Shown here: positions 61,731 through 64,000 of the stretch, piece after piece | Numbering within the stretch: the first letter of the stretch is position 1 | Layout of the letters: every line of letters starts with the position of its first letter | Assembly (NCBI RefSeq): GCF_963921235.1 | Contig: NC_086097.1 | Span: 250,296,001-250,360,000 of the forward strand | Length of the DNA stretch: 64,000 nucleotides | Origin: Mobula hypostoma | Taxonomy: Eukaryota | Direction of reading: 5' to 3' | Translations under genes and position numbers: made by a program | The notes under the pieces: generated by a model | What the model was told of the DNA's origin: nothing | What the model saw: the letters and a program-made list of their open reading frames with translations, nothing else | The model's database searches: none

Positions 61731-64000
61731 CCCTGGAGCAGAGTCAGTCCTGAGTCTACAGGTGTGCACTGGGATCTGTGCTTACTCACACAAACAAATC
61801 CCTCTCTCATCTACTTCCCAGTTTCTGAGCTCCTGCTGTCCAAGAGGCGTGGTCAGATGAGGTTCCACCACCACCCCAAGGCTATGCATCCTTCCACCTC
61901 TAGTTGTGCTTGTGTCCTCGTCACATCATTGCAATCTTGATTGTTCACCCCCCACTATCTTGTCAGCTCCTCTTTAACCGACCGCACTCTGCACTCTCCA
62001 TGTGTTGAACACATTTCTCGCTACTCATCCTCTCTTCCCACTATTACTGTACCATCGGGAAGCAGCTACAGGAATTTTATGTCTCACACCATCAGGTTCA
62101 GGAACAGTTATTACCCCTCAACCATCAGGTCCCACACCACCAGGTTCAGGAACAGTTATTACCCCTCAACCATCAGGCTCCTGAACTGGTGTGGATAACT
62201 TCACTCACCCCAACACTGAACTGATTCCACAACCTACAGACTCACTTTCAAGGAATCTTTACAACTCATCTCAGTATTGTTTTGCACAAAGTGTCTTCTT
62301 TGGCACTTTGGTTGTTTGTCAGTCTTTATGTATAGTTTTTCACAAAATCTATTGTTCCTTTATTTTCCTGTAAATGTCTACAAGAAAATGAATCCCAAGG
62401 CAGTATAGGGTAAGACATTCACACTGTGATAATAAATTTACTTTGAATTTGGCATTAGTTCGGTGGGGGATGACTTTGCACCAATCCAGGTGTCTGTACA
62501 ACTTGCAGTAACTCCGACCACCCTGCCTTTCCCGAAGAACGGACTCAGTCAGTTTCTCTCCCCTACCCCTCACCACAGCCCTCGGCCTTCAATCCAGTTT
62601 GCCGCAGGAAGCTCCAGTGGGTGAAATTAGAACCAAATTGAATTCTGTAACAGCACCACCAATGTTTCAACAATTAAACCGCCCAGTCACAGGGCAGATG
62701 AAACATGACATTGGCCCATTTTGTCTTGGAAGAACCGATGACACTTTCAAAGACCCTGCACTGCAGGACTGCCTGATTAAACAAAATATAAAGTAGGCCC
62801 TTCAATTGAAGGTTGGTAGCAGACTGCTTCAGCGTCAAAAAAATCAGAATATTTTCAGTGAGATTGTGAAATCAGTGTGGTGGAATTGGTGATCAGGTGA
62901 CTGGTGCAAGGGGTGGACTGACTGAGATTTTTAAAATACATCCTATTAAAAACTGCAAGAATCACCCAGTTTACCCTCAAATGATGAGAAGCAAGTCCTT
63001 TTAATAATTATTATGCAGATTATTGATGAATGTCTACTGGTTTTGCATTTGCAAATGAAGTAATTTTGATTTTAATTTCCAAGATTCAAGATTGTTTAAA
63101 GTCATTTCCGGTCACAAGTGTAAAGGAGAATGAAGTAATTGTTACTCCAGATCGGATGCAGCACAGAAAACACACAAGATAATGAACACAATAAGAAAAA
63201 AAGACAATGAATATAAACACAACTGTTTGTATACATTGACTGGATGTCCATAGTGATTTGGGAGTCTTCACAGTTCACATCATGAATACTCCAAATACTC
63301 TGCTGGATCCTCGTGCCTCCTTTCAGAGCAGGAGGGCTATTTATAGGCATAAAGTTAACACACGTAAACAGTCATTCTTAACTCAACATGTAATCCTGGC
63401 AGCTGCATCACTCAGCTCAATGTCACGGCATGTTTAAGGTTGACAAAGTGTGCGTACCGAATTTACATTTAAATATTTCATAGCAATTCACTGAAGTTAA
63501 TGTTGTTTTGTCGTTTCATAAACAAAAAAATCTGCAGATGCTGGAAATTGAGAGCAACACACACAAAATGCTGGAGGAACTCAGCAGGTCAGACAGCATC
63601 TATGGAAAAGAGCAAACAGTCGATGTTTCGGACCCAACAAAGGGTCTCGTCCCGAAACATCGACTCTTTACTCTGTTCCATAGATGCTGTCTGGCCTGCT
63701 GAATTCCTGCAGCGTTTTATGTGTGTTGTTTTGCCATTTGCTGTGTTCGGTGTTGTTCTGCCCAACATGCGGGCATGCTATGTTGGCGACACATTCGAGC
63801 GGCCCCCAGCACACCCTGGTTGTTAACGCAAACGACACGTTTCACTGTATATTTCGATATACTTGTGATGAATAAGAAACATAGAAACACAGAAAATAGG
63901 TGCAGGAGTAGGCCATTCAGCCCTTCAAGCCTGCACCGCCATTCAGTATGATCATGGCTGATCATCCAACTCAGAACCCTGTACCTGCCTTCTCTCCATG

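Noticed and set aside
61587..61769. PECGECDP repeats suggesting a metal-binding protein
   Set aside because: Derived from the 40-bp minisatellite, with frameshifting variable G runs.

Overview
Repeat-dense vertebrate DNA; the repeat landscape suggests a cartilaginous fish, probably a ray (inference). Two genes converge tail-to-tail, as ENPP2 and CCN3 do in mammals. On the + strand are the last three coding exons of ENPP2/autotaxin (1154-1286, 12428-12581, 22591-22761). On the - strand are the VWC, TSP1 and CT exons of CCN3/NOV (57215-56964, 55872-55667, 48690-48409); its signal-peptide and IGFBP exons were not found in the window. Most of the rest is nested transposon DNA: CR1 LINEs, Penelope-like elements (PLEs), Rex1/Babar, RTE, R4/Dong, solo LTRs, Tigger/Tc1/hAT pieces, tRNA-SINEs and minisatellites. 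Main observations: (1) a young CR1 with an intact ORF2 that has no AUG before the middle of its endonuclease and is joined to ORF1 by an in-frame U_UUA_AAC -1 frameshift heptamer; (2) a PLE-derived family carrying minimal type-I hammerhead ribozymes, two intact sense copies of which flank an ENPP2 exon; (3) a DNA-transposon end that appears to supply the branch point of the last ENPP2 exon; (4) recurrent inverted PLE structures, a 300-bp foldback, an old local duplication and a CTCF/AP-1 island between the genes. Repeat boundaries are approximate unless a TSD is given.
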